Below, one piece after another: positions 49,991 through 62,828 of a DNA stretch of 64,000 nucleotides. The notes under the pieces were generated by a model. It ran no database searches, was not told where the DNA came from, and saw only the letters and a list, made by a program, of their open reading frames with translations. The position numbers and the translations under genes are program-made. Numbering within the stretch: position 1 is the first letter of the stretch; the number at the start of each line of letters is the position of its first letter. Source of the DNA: Albugo candida. Taxonomy: Eukaryota. The DNA is taken from contig JBDOQK010000010.1 of assembly GCA_040437565.1 (NCBI GenBank), positions 62,001-126,000 on the forward strand, read 5' to 3'.

Positions 49991-51617
49991 AAAGGGCTGC
50001 GATGGGGCCCCATGGCGGAGGCAAAGATTCCTCCACGTAAATATTAACCTACTCAATGAAGATATGGACGTGTCAAGACCGCTGGCAACTACACCAGAAA
50101 ATAACTGTACAGGAGTTGGGCCGGGCTCTTCAGAGCGTTACATACTAGTGGTTTGAATAGAGTAGATAACAACCAAACTGTAGTAACAGAACGGTGTCTA
50201 AATAAAAGTAGTAGGGGCGAACATCCTTAACTGAGCTATAGGAGAGACTCACGTTAGACGCATATTGCATGTGCAATCGTACCAGCACTACGGTCGGATT
50301 GGAAAGACTATTTCGACGTTATCTCAGATTTATGGCTTGCATTGCAAGCGGTGACACTGAACTTCGTCTGGACAGATCGGAATCGTCGTTTGTTCGATCA
50401 ACGACCAGCAACTCCGACAATTCCAGCACTTTCCGTCATTTACGCCACGTTTAGTGCGCACGTTCGGTACTTTCGAAGACAGTGTTACGACCAAGAGGAA
50501 CGCATTAGGCTTGCAAAGGTGCTGGATCAACTCGCAACGCAAGGATCATTTGGTGGATTTTTCAGAAGCCGAATATCATTACTGCGGGTACGGCACAGAC
50601 ATGTCATAACGCAAGTGCAACTCAGATCCTAGTCCTAGTTGGCTGGTTCTGCTCACCGTAGCGTGGCGCACACCAATTAGCAAACCACGGTACTTTTGGA
50701 CCAATTTTTCACAAGTTTTTACAACTTCCAACTACACGATGAATACACTCTCGTACTGTAGTGGTGAACGCTACCGCACTGCAGGACAAGCAACGAGGGA
50801 CATATTATTATCTCTCACAGGTATTTCACGAAACGTTTTTTATATGTATATATATTATTTAAGATAGCCTAGGCAACTAGAGAAGTCAGTTAGTTAATTC
50901 TAGTAATATAGACACCTTCAACTGAGCCTATGATTGCATAAGGATCAAACATTATTTGCCTGTTTTTTTCCAGGTGTTTAACGAGGAATGTCTGTTTCAG
51001 CATCACGACAAAATTTAAATTCTCGGTCAGCTGACGCGTGGGCGAGGTCTTGATAACTTTTGGACCATTGTATGATAACTCAACCCAGGCACTGCAACGT
51101 ATTCACTAGAGGATTGCTTGTATTGATTGATACTAACTGAGCATGAGGCCGAGAAAGTATTCTTATTGTGCATCCAGCCTTTCAGAGAGGCTACAAATTG
51201 GAATAATAATCAATATTACAGATGCGAATAGTCGGTACAATCATCATTCGAGCTACTCCGGATTTGGATCAAAGTTGGATGAAGAGTACGCAGGCTACTG
51301 AACAGTCTCTTTGAATGGAATGGAAGAATTTTGAACGGTTTTGTATGACATATGGCTTGCCCTGCAGTGATGACACTGCACTTCATCTGAAGTGATTGAA
51401 TTATTAATTGTTCGACCAATGTCCAGTAACTAGTGTGATTCCATCACGTTGCATGATCGACACCTCATCTGTTGCATAAGTCCAGTGCTTCCGATGGCAT
51501 AGTTTACAATCGAGATGAGCGTATTCAGATGGATGGACTGTTGGATCACCTCAGAAAGCAAGACTCACTTGGTGTTTCCGGCGAGTACCAGTGGTGATAC
51601 AACTCAGATCGAAATCC

Positions 51618-54600
51618 TAGTTGAATGTCTTTAATGAATCTAATAGAGAGGGTAGCAGAGCTGCCGAGCTCTCAGAGCTGAAGGAAGTAACGACTACAGA
51701 GTCTTCAAGTTCGTGTGAGCTATCAGCGCAATGTGCTAACGAAGAACAGCTCCAGGATATCTTCTGCTTGCTTTAATCTAAACCCCGACCTCCCCGTTCA
51801 TTTGAGATTAGATCTGATAGATTAAGCTTGTCTAAACAGTTCTATTTAAGGTTTAACTACTAAGTGTTACAATAGCTAACACACGTCCCCTCGAAGTCTT
51901 TCTGCTTGGTACAACCCGTGACAGATTAGATACCGTAATACCGTTAATAAATTCGCCAATCATGTTACCACTGGCTCTAACAACCGACCCGTATAAGTTC
52001 GTAGAATGTGGCCTTTCTTCAATTATGATGAATCACGAGCCGGAAACAATCTCGATATTACGACAAGGTGAGGCAAACACAGGAGCAGTTGCCCACAACA
52101 AGACATGTTATCTGCTGGCGCAGGTAATTGCATTAAAATTCGTTTTATGCATGTTGCTTACTTAGGATCGCCTAAGCATTTACAGGAGGCAGGTAATCTA
52201 GTTTCTAATAATTTGTACATCGTTGGATGGACTTTTAAGACACATCCTTTGCTTTTGTAGCGGGTTCCAGTATATATGCTTTTTCTCTTATAAACTTCTC
52301 ATTCTTCTGCATCTCTATGTTCATGTCAGCTAAAGTGTCCTCACTTGATCTTAGCTGCAGTAGTTGGATTACGTTGTACTTATTAATTACCTCTGCCTCT
52401 GTGTTTTGATGCAACAATGTTAAACTGTTATTATAACCGTAACTGTGATCATATATTTTGCTACGTATTCTGTCAGCTTACAAATTACAACATTGTGCAG
52501 TAGTTCAAATAGCACGGTAGTTAAAAAACCTCGAACATATCGACCATCTTCCAATACTCCTTCTCAGCCGTGTTGCAGTTACTGCAAACTCATGAATGCG
52601 CGCAAACTGGCGAGCCTGTAGAAATCGAGCGCCTTTGTCAATTTGTCGGCGAAATTTTGTTTTAAGGTACGTAAAGTGGTACAATAAGCCCACGTCTCGT
52701 TCTATCACACACGAACTTCACCCTTTTGTCGGTGTGCTTTTCTTTAGCAGGTGATGACTCACCTTCTAGATTCTTAAGTTTAGCCTGATTGTCAATCATC
52801 ATTGGCATCGGGGTCAAAATGACTAAGCTCAGCTCTTGCAGCAGTTTGCGGACACCAAGTAACTCTCGTGCGGCGTCAGAAGCAGGGATGAACTCAGCTT
52901 CCACTGGGGACAACGAAACACCACCCTGTTTCTTGCAAACCCAGCTGACAATCATGCCATTCATCACCCCGCAGATCCGGTAAATGACTTGCGATCCGCC
53001 TTGTCCGATGCAAAATATGCATCGCTGAAGGACGCAAGATTCAGCGGAGAACCAGTGCTTGGCTCAGCAGCCATGTGCATATTGAGCGTCTTGCTCTCCT
53101 TCAGGTAATGTACGCTTCGTTTTGCGAGATTTCAATCGCAGATACTTGGCTGATTTGTTTTTCTTGTTGCCTTGTCAACAGCGAAAGCAATTTTAGGACG
53201 GGTGCAACAAGACACCCATAGCAGACTGCCTACAAGAGCTTGAAAATTCATGACTGTTGACTGGACTTCCCTCCCATGAACCAGCAGCATATCTTCGTTA
53301 TTCACGGACACCTCGTAGCTATCGTCACCGATTGACGTGCGCGTGATCTTTACCAAGTTCAGCCCCGCATCACCAAGAAGATAATCGATCTCCTCTTCCT
53401 GATCCAGAATGTATCCACCTCTCTTGATGGTGTTGATGCGTATTCGGTGAAATTTTCGGACTGGTTTAAGATACTTGATGAACAAGGACGCAAGAGTTTT
53501 TAAAGAAATCTTGAATAAAGTCAGCATTTGTCGACGTTAAAATTAAGATCATCGACATAGACCCCAACCACGATGATGTTCTCGTCAATCGCCTTCTAAT
53601 AAATACACATATCCGTGATACGGCGCCAATATACAGCATCAGTAAGTTTCATATGAAGTAATATGCTCCATAATCGATCGGCCTGCTTCAGACCGTATAT
53701 TGTCTTCTTTCATTTTAACACAAGTTCACTGCTGCTTCTAACTCCAAACTCTTGGAGCTCATGAAGTGTAAACACAATTTCGCCTGGTACAGTAGAAAAA
53801 TGTTCAGCAACTTTCTTTGTGTGCCTGTGCATTGGCGTTTACATCGTCAACATGGTGAGCAGGAAAGCCCCAAAAACTGCCAAATCCAATACAATTTTCA
53901 ATATTGACATGTCAATAACAGCCGCAAAAGTTAAAAAAAATTTGCTCCCAACTTTTCTCATTTCCAGAAGCAAAAAGGTGAGATTTGAATCTCTCGAATT
54001 CACCTCTAGCGTCAGTCTTCGTTTTGATAACCCATTTGATGTGCAGCACATTGCTGTCATGAGCTCGTTTATTGACTTCGAAATCTCCTCGGCGATTAAA
54101 AGCGGATATTTCTTCTTCCATCGCTATATTCCATTCTTTTGCCTTTGAGCTCTCCATCGCTCCGCCATAGTTTGCTGTATCCCTCTCGACAATGTGGTCT
54201 TGCACTTTCTCATCTATCTCCTTCCGCTGAACAACAATCATCAGAGTTCTTGTTGTCGAACGCGTCACATGCCGCGATCTCTACCAAGCCATTTGCTCAT
54301 CTTTTTCGTAACGGCATGAGTCACTTTATCTGCAGCATTACATGACAAGAAAATTGTCGCGGCATCTTTTTTTGACGTCTCGCCTCTATCGCCAATACAA
54401 TCATGACGGCAGCTCGAACAACAGAAACGCACCATAATCAAAATCAACCGCAACAAAAACCGGAACAGCAACCATCCGAAAAATTGCGAACTGTAGTTCA
54501 GAGTACGAAGTATAATTCGAACGGTTGGCCGTCGAACGTCGGGGATTGAATATATCGTGTAAACGAACAAATTCACTAATATGGCCGTCTACGAAAGTGA

Positions 54601-55552
54601 ATGGACGTAACACAAGATTCAAGTCCACTCTGCACATGCGAGTTTTGTGCTGCAGTCAAAGTCTCGATATTCTTGACATGCTGAGTAACAATAAGAAACC
54701 TTTCTTTCTTCGAATGCACGCGGAATCCCTTCATCTCATCACTCTTGCCGATGATAATTTCAGCTTGCGCTCGCTTTTGTAGAGAATTCTTGCACGGGTC
54801 TATCTACATAGTACATGTTCAACCAAAAGCCACAATCGAAATCAAATCTGGTACTCCCAGTCCAAACTTCGAGAGGTGACGCCCTTCTTGTGTCAGAGCG
54901 ACTCGGGCTTCAATTAAGTATGTACGCTGAGTACTACACGGAAACTCCTCAGAAACAGAACGTCAATCCTGGCGCGTAAATTATGCATCTGGCCAATTCA
55001 AAATAGTCCTGTGCATCCTATCTGCCTTTCCATTCGACGCCTGGTTTCTGGGCTCAGAGACTTGAGGCACAACCCTCGTTTTCTTGCATAATAAATTGAT
55101 GTTTTGATATTCTCCACCGCCATCAATGCGAAAAACATGGACTCGGTCAACAAAATGCATCAGGTATAGATTACCCAGTCGATACTTCGATGCATCGGTC
55201 CCTTTAAATCACTGCATATCACTTCTCCAATTCTGCCGATGAGGGAATTTTTGCTTGTGTCTTGTTTCGACTGATCTTTCTTGGTCTACTTTCCCTGCGC
55301 GCATGTTGAACAATTCGCACGTTTCTGGTCACTTATCTGTATCCCTGATCTCGGTTCTATAGACATAAGATCGATAGTGTCATACGAGAAATGAGCCATA
55401 CGTTGGTGGAATTGCATCATCGTGCCCACTTGCATGCCTTTACCATCACTGGCAGTAAATATTTCATTAATCACCACCATAATTACATCACGTGAAGTCG
55501 TGATCATGCGTTTCGATTTGACTTGAGCCATTAGCCCATTATTGTTCATTTG
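51618..55552 (-). mobile_element. Older degenerate Ty1/Copia element (integrase-RT-RNase H), 5'-truncated at LTR2; putative 3' LTR ~51618-51881
   Basis: Minus-strand HQRMAH..CSTCAQGK (GAG-pre-integrase), LHIKWVIKTKTDARGEFERFK, FQALVGSLLWVSCCTRP and WVCKKQ..VSLSPVEAEF, with many stops and frameshifts. Purine tract CGAGGGGA precedes TGTTAG at 51881 (LTR call tentative). Confidence 0.85.
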
Positions 55553-58500
55553 TGTTGAAAGGCCGCGACTGTTCGCGTGAAAGGTGCGAACTGTTCATAT
55601 GAAAGGGCGCGACTAGTGAAGTTGAAGTCATGCGACTTTCGGAACAAGTGGAGCATCTTATGGGCCTACATGAGTGATCGATGGTAACGAACGATAACGG
55701 ACAGGCAAGGTAACCAAAGATCATAAGCTCCAAATACATCGAGTTTCTGATTTTACCTTCCAGAAATAACAGGTTATGAGCCCAAGCCCCCTAGAAGACG
55801 ATCCAGCAGCTCCGCTAGGTGCTCTCGGCCCGCATGCGGTCGATGAGACGACAAGCGACAGCGCGGACATCACTCAAGCGAGAGAACACGGGACCTCCGA
55901 GCACGGTGCAGATAGTCTGGATAGACTTGAGGGACTCATCGGGAATCTTATGCGCGACTTAGCGAGGGAACGCGTGGAGCGGGCCCAGCAGCACCCCGCG
56001 GAACCTGATACCCGAATGGGAAGTGGCTCGAGTGTATTCAGCCAATTCTTGGCTGCTGAAAGGAACCGGGCGAGAGCAGAATCCCTCAGTGAAGCTATGG
56101 GCATGCAAGTGCCGATTGGGATGCCGCAGAATCAGGCGCAGCACCAGCGGCAATTTTTCCCGGCGAATCAGCCTACTGCGCAAGCCTTCGCACAGCCAAG
56201 GCAGGACTTCTACCCCCCGCAAAACTTCGGTGCAAGATGCCCACTGTCAAGGATATGAAGCTGCCTATCGAGCGCTTTACTGGAAAGGAAGAATACAAAG
56301 GGCTCGGGTCAGGATTCAAGGACTGGGGATTGCAGTTTCTGGACGAGCTTGGAGCGGCTCAACGCCTCAGTGGAGGTGAAAGGCCTGAGGAGTACAAGAT
56401 GAGGACACTTAATCGGTACCTGGATGAAAACGCAAGAAAGCATTTCGACAAGATAAAAGGAGTCTGGGCGTCAGAAGTACCCACGGTTGAACACTTGATG
56501 AACAAGTTGCTCGAGGTATACAATAGAGAGATCACTGTGGAGCAAGCCACGCGGTTTATGCGATCTCGTAAGCCAAACGATCGATCTTGGACAGAGCATT
56601 ACCAGTATCTAGTCGCCGTAGCAAGTTCAGGGTGCTGCCCTGATCGATTTGTGCTTCAGTACATATGTGAAGGTGCATCACCGGACGTGAAACGAGCCAT
56701 GCAAACGCGACTCGATCGCCGTCGCACTGACTATCTGAAACAAGCATGGGAGATGGCGGACTTCGCCAGTACGTTTGAACAAGATGCCGGCGCTCACGTG
56801 GTTAGTGGGGGTCGTCAAAATACTCATGTCAGAAGTAATGCCCGCGGCACTAACGTCGCAGCTGATGCATTGATTTCTCGCGATGAAAAAAGGTACTGGG
56901 GATGTAACCAGCTTGGCCATACCAAGAGAGAGTGCAAAAAAAACAAAGCTGGTGGTAAACAGGCTTCATCTGCTCTAAGTATCGGTGCCTCTTTCGATGG
57001 TGTAAAGCAGACTTGGATTCTCGATAGTGGCGCCAGTAGGCACCTGGTGATGGACGTCAGCATGCTTGTCGACGCGGTTGATTGCTTCGATGAATGTAAT
57101 GTCGCTGATGGACAAGCTATCAAGGTTACAAAGGTGGGCCAAGTCAAGTTGCAAGCAAACGTGGATGGGAGAACTCACATAGTTGCATTGAGTGACATCT
57201 ACTATGCAAAGGACCTCACGCACAAGCTACTTTCGTACTGCAAACTCGAAGAAAAAGGGGTTGCACTGAGCTACGACGATGGACGTCGATATTTGAGGCG
57301 TAACAGCGATGGATCACGAGTGTTTGAAGTTGAAAAAGAAAACAACGTGCTGGTGGTGTGTACGTGGAGTATAAAGGCTACATCACGAAGAAATGAAGTG
57401 GTGCATGCGTCATTACTCACTGCAGATAACGATGATGAAAACATTGTGCCCGTGAAGTGTACTCTTTTGGAGCTACATAAACGCCTGGGCCACCTCATGT
57501 ATGACTCGGTTGAGAAGATGGCGGATAGTGAAGGCCCGGGTATCGAGCTGACTGACAGGAGTCGACCAAGCTGTCTAACGTGCGATCAAGGCAAACAGTC
57601 GAAGTATGCACAAGCGAAGTAGGATAGCGGGTTTTACTCTCCGATTGATCGAATTGGTGGTGTTATTTGCAGTTACCTGAAAGGTCCTATGACACCAGCA
57701 GACCGATGCGGCAATCGGTAGATGATCAACTTTGTTGACCATGCCTCAGTTTATTGCAGAGTGTTTGTTGCGCGCAAGAAGGATCAAGCTGCGAAAATTT
57801 TCGAACACTTTTTGGCCTTTTTCTAGCGGTCTTTTGATTGCAAGGTACACATACTAAGGACGGACGGTGTTGGAGAATATCGCAACGTGGACATGCTTTG
57901 CAAGGAGATTGGAGTGACGAGACAAGTGAGCGAGGCTGGAAATCAAGCTTCCAATGGAAAGGAAGAACGCATGCACAGGACAGTACTCAACATGGCACGG
58001 TGCATGTTGTTTTCGAGCGGATTGCCGTTACACTTCTGGGGTGATGCAGTCCAATACGCGACTTACATTTTAAACCGCAGTCCAAGCAGAGCCAACGTGA
58101 AGCGGGCTTCTCCAATCGAGGTCCTGACTGGAAATAAGCCCAGTCTTGCCGATGTCGTGGCGTCTGGAAGCCCATGTACGGCCTATCGCGACCCAGGAAA
58201 GAGTTCGTGGAAACCCCGTGCTGAAATCGGCATAATTGTCGGGAAGCACGACTAGACCAAGGGTTTCAAGGTATATCTTCCTCGCGAAAGGCTGGTCATT
58301 ACAACGCAGCATGTCAAGCATGTGGACACCATGGACGTTGATGGCAACTTGCAACTACAACAACAGCTACGCAGAGAGGACCCTGGTTTGAGTCAAGCTG
58401 TGGAAACGAGGGAGCAGGCTGCGAAGCAGAAGGAGTATTTAAGTACTTGCAAAAGACTGTCCAAGCCCGGGTCACGTGGTAAAGGGAAAAGTTCGACGAA

Positions 58501-60463
58501 CAGAGTACCGTTAAGCGGTGCCGATTCTCGCATAGTTGTCTCAGCTAGAACGCGCATGACCACCCGCCACATGGGCGCTAAACATGTACCAGTTGCAATG
58601 GTAAACTTGGTTGAAGATCCGAAGACCTACAGAGAAACAGTACAGTCGAAGGATGCAGCACTGTGGCGAGAAGCAATGCGTTGCGAGCTTGAATCGCTTA
58701 AATCAAACAAGACGTGGGAGGTGACACTAAGAAGACCTGGCCAGAAGCTTTTGCATTCAAAATGGTCTTTAAGACGAAACGACACGCTGATGGGACTCTG
58801 GAACGTTTTAAAGCGAGGCTCGTGACCTGTGTAAATGAGCAGGCATATGGTGTCGATTATACCACGACATTCAGTGCTGTGATGGAGATGACGACAGTAA
58901 AGGTGGTGCTGGCATTGGCGCGTGTATGGGGGGTTCCTGCTCGACATGGGGATGTTCCTAATGCTTACGTGAAAGCCGATAAAGAAGAAGATCTTGAAAT
59001 TGCGCTTCACGTGCCGCAAGGAATGGAATTTGACGAGCACGAAGTACACAGTTTGGGTACAAGTGACAGGAGCAAGGTGGTGCTAAAACTTCAAAAGAGC
59101 CTTTACGGGCTTAAGCAGGCTGGGCGTTTGTGGGCACAACTGTTACATGATACACTGGTGAAGCTTGGATTTACACAGTGCTACACCGACAGTTGCTTGT
59201 ACACAAAAGGAGATGTCTCAACGATTGCGCTAGTGGGTGTCTATGTGGACGACCTATTGGTAACTGCTAAGAAGGCCTGTGACGTGACCAAATTCTTCGA
59301 TGACATGAAGGTACTCGAGGTGAAGGACCTCGGCGAAGTATCTAAGTTTCTGGGCATTGGCGTGATGTATACCAAGGATTCTGGGTACCTTTTGGAGCAA
59401 ACTCAGTGCATTCGCGAATTAATTATTGGTCTTAGTCTGGATCAGGCTAAAACTGCTCGTACGCCTATCGGTGATGAACAAGACGGCGAAGACGAGGGCG
59501 ATTTGCTACCGAGCGGCAGTGACGGTGCATCAAAGGGACCAACAGTGAATATGTTTCAATCGTTGATTGGAAGTCTGCTTTGGTTGTCGCGGTGCACAAG
59601 GCCGGACGTTGCATTTGCTGTACACCGGGCCAGCCGGCGGTCGCATGCACCAAGGGATTGCGATTGGCGTTGGGCAAAGCGAATAGTTCGATACCTGAAG
59701 GGAACTGCCGACCTTAAGTTTGAGATGAGAGGGACTATTGGAAGTGACAGTTCTCAAGATGTTGTGCTTGAAGGCTACAGCGACGCAGATTACGCTGCGG
59801 ATCGTGCGGATCGAAAATCGGTAAGTGGAGGGGTTCTATGCTTAAATGGTATGGTTGTCGGTTGGATGTGTCGGAAACAGGTAAGCGTGGCATTATCTAC
59901 GATGGAGGCCGAGTTTGTGGCTGCATCACTAGTGGCGAGTGATTTGCTAGGATTGTGTGAGCTGCTGGGTGAGATTGGAGTGAGCGTGACCAAGCCGTTG
60001 CTAATGCACGTTGATAATCAAGCTGCTATTAAGCAAATACAAGGCGAAGATAGCGCGGGAAGAGCGAAACACATCGCAGTACGTCTCAAGTTTATCAAGG
60101 ATTACAGCAAGAAACAAGTGATCAAGGTGGTTTATTGCGAGTCGCGTTTAATGCGAGCTGATCTTCTCAGCAAGACGTCCACCGCACCGAGATTGACGGA
60201 GCTGTGCAAGCTGATCTCGATGGTGTAAAGACATCTCGAGAAGGAGTGTTGAAAGGCCGCGACTGTTCGCGTGAAAGGTGCGACTGTTCATGTGAAAGGG
60301 CGCGACTAGTGAAGTTGAAGTCATGCGACTTTCGGAACAAGTGGAGCATCTTATGGGCCTACATGAGTGATCGATGGTAACGGACGATAACGGACAGGCA
60401 AGGTAACCAAAGATCATAAGCTCCAAATACATTGAGTTTCTCATTTACCTTCCAGAACTAATA
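55553..60463 (+). mobile_element. Near full-length Ty1/Copia LTR retrotransposon: LTR2 55553-55771, PBS 55772-55783, gag-pol ~55776-60228, PPT ~60238-60246, LTR3 60247-60463; inactivated
   Basis: LTR2 reads TGTTG...TAACA, followed by copia-type PBS GGTTATGAGCCC. Zn knuckle, protease WILDSGASRH, HKRLGH..CLTC, integrase, RT YVDD and RNase H YSDADYA in Copia order. In-frame TAG stops at ~57620, 57719, 57824 and 58253; frameshifts near 56230 and 58765. Confidence 0.96.
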
Positions 60464-62828
60464 GATCTCCCACATTAAATGAGCTGTTCAAGGACATATT
60501 GTCAAGTTCAGAACGGACCTTTGAATGTGATTGTACTAAGAACAATGGGGAACACGAAGCCTAGCAGTCTTTTAAAAAACTAAAGGCACCTGACCATTAT
60601 AGATATTTCTGTCTGAACGAAAAAGGAAGTTATGTTGATCGCAGCGGCTACTGAATGAGATCGAACCTATCATGGAAGATTGATTTGATGGGAAAACTAT
60701 CAAGAGGAGGTGCACGGCAGCTGTACATTTATTGCAGATGAACGACAAAGCTCCCAAAAAGTTTGGGTACTCCGTTCGACCTAGTCTTGCCATTCAAAAC
60801 ACAGCAAACAGCTGAATGGTATCACCTTATCGCATCTCTTTGAGCTCTGGCTGTCGCAACTGAACGACAAAATGTGCGCTGCTAGTCGCTCAAACCTCTT
60901 ACTCACCGTATATGTTTCAACTTCTCTACCGGACGCTCCAATTTTGAATGTATACCTTCCAGTGCTTCCAATTTATACTATCGCCTTTGTACACCCTGTG
61001 GATTAGTAAAAAGTCGGCTCGCTCAAAGGTCAGATTGCCAAGGTGTGCACCGTCATATAGTGGACCGCTATGATAATGTCTTTGGATATTGTCATCATTT
61101 GTGTAGCTCTGGAGAAGAATAAATTTATCGTTCTTTATCTTGATGTGATTTCCGCTATGGATTAGGCTGAGTAAACATGGTTCTCTATCACGGGCACGAT
61201 TATAACTCACTCCTGACGACGCAAATGAATGTCAGACAGAGCCATAATAGAGCTTCTTGCGAGCTATCCTTAGCTTTGAAAGAGTGTAATGACGCAAGTC
61301 CAAAGCGAAATCGTATTCTTCCTCCTTCATGATATGACATAATCTGACTACCTATCTATGGCTCAACCTTATGAAACAATTGCTTTGATCAGTACCCACC
61401 AGCAGAGCGCATCTTCGTTGTTTCATAATGAAGCGGTCGATCAAGATATTTCTATCAAACAAAACCAAAAAATCAGCGTACAGAGAATTTAGGTGTCCTG
61501 CTTGCATACGTCTTCGTCCTAAAGATTAGTCGTGAATATACTTGAATGAAGACAGTAGCTGTTGTGCTTTCAGCAATCCATACGGTTTTATACGGCGATG
61601 AGCGTACCTCACAATAACCCGTTATAAAATGGTCGATCGTAGTAAGTGTGCAGAATGAAACATCTGAGCTCAAAGTTCCAGCTTCAGTAAAGCTAGCTTG
61701 CTTTCCATCAGCAAGTAGTCTGATGTCAAAAAGGATACTATTCTCATCAATTTCTCATAGGGATCCGTCTGTCAAGTTACCAATGTTAGTGATAGCCTTT
61801 ACATTTTACCATTTGACTCGACTGAGTTGTGTTTGGGATGGAGAAGATAGTCAGAAAGTGAACGTTGTCAGTTCAAGCATGTTTGATTCATAGAATAATA
61901 ATCGTAAGCTCATATATGTAATAGTATGTATCATCCAGTAAAAGTTCCTGGCTGCCTGTGACAAAATCGCAAGTAGCATTTCAAGTAAGGTTTTTCACGA
62001 TACTTTATTATTACAAACATGAAATATCAGCACCAATATGCTGGACAAGAACGAATAGGAGGGGTGAGGTAGATCGGTCCTTAACATTCCCGGTATATGC
62101 TTTTTATCAGCAATCTGCATTTCTGCGCACTTCAAGGACGAGTCTCCGTAAAACGATGGTCCGTATTAATTACCCCAATGTTGCTTTGTAAGAGCCGACG
62201 TCCTTACACGACAGTGGAACGCTGTTTTATGATTACAATGTGCTGGTCAAAAATATGGCTGAATACCCATTGCTCAATGAATTGGAAAATACAATATATC
62301 GATCAGGAAGAGATACATGATCGTACATACCATAGCACCAAAAAGGAAGCGATTTTAGTGGTACCACTTGTAAAAAGTGAGTCGATATTGAGCTCAATTG
62401 AGGATATTAAATAGGTTTTGGAGCGTTTGAGATTATTGACAGCGTCAGGATTCATCCGAGCTTGCCTTGTCGTCGATGCTACTCGCGCTTTGCAATCACG
62501 CTTAGACTACAAAAATGATTTACCGTATAAAAAGTATACCACAAACTCACCTATTGACTGGCTTTGAGTCTTAGAAGAACATGCTAGTACCTTTGCGGCA
62601 AGAAATGACAATGCATCGGGGTCGTGAGCTTTAGAGATGTCGTACAGAGCACCACAGTCTTCGAGAAGTTGTGGCTGCTTGTTGGTCGTCAAATTTTCAA
62701 TTTCATTGACCGATAGAACGAAGTGGAACCGCTCATGCTATCGAGGCCTTGCATAACATGTTCTATCATAGCATTTCGCCCGATTTCCAACAATACCCCG
62801 TTTTGTACTGCGAGTCTTGACCCGAGCA

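Noticed and set aside
57620-58255. All four in-frame stops in the young Copia pol are TAG (possible readthrough or recoding)
   Set aside because: They appear to replace different residues (Q, Y, E, E) and co-occur with frameshifts and a broken Zn knuckle, so ordinary decay is sufficient.
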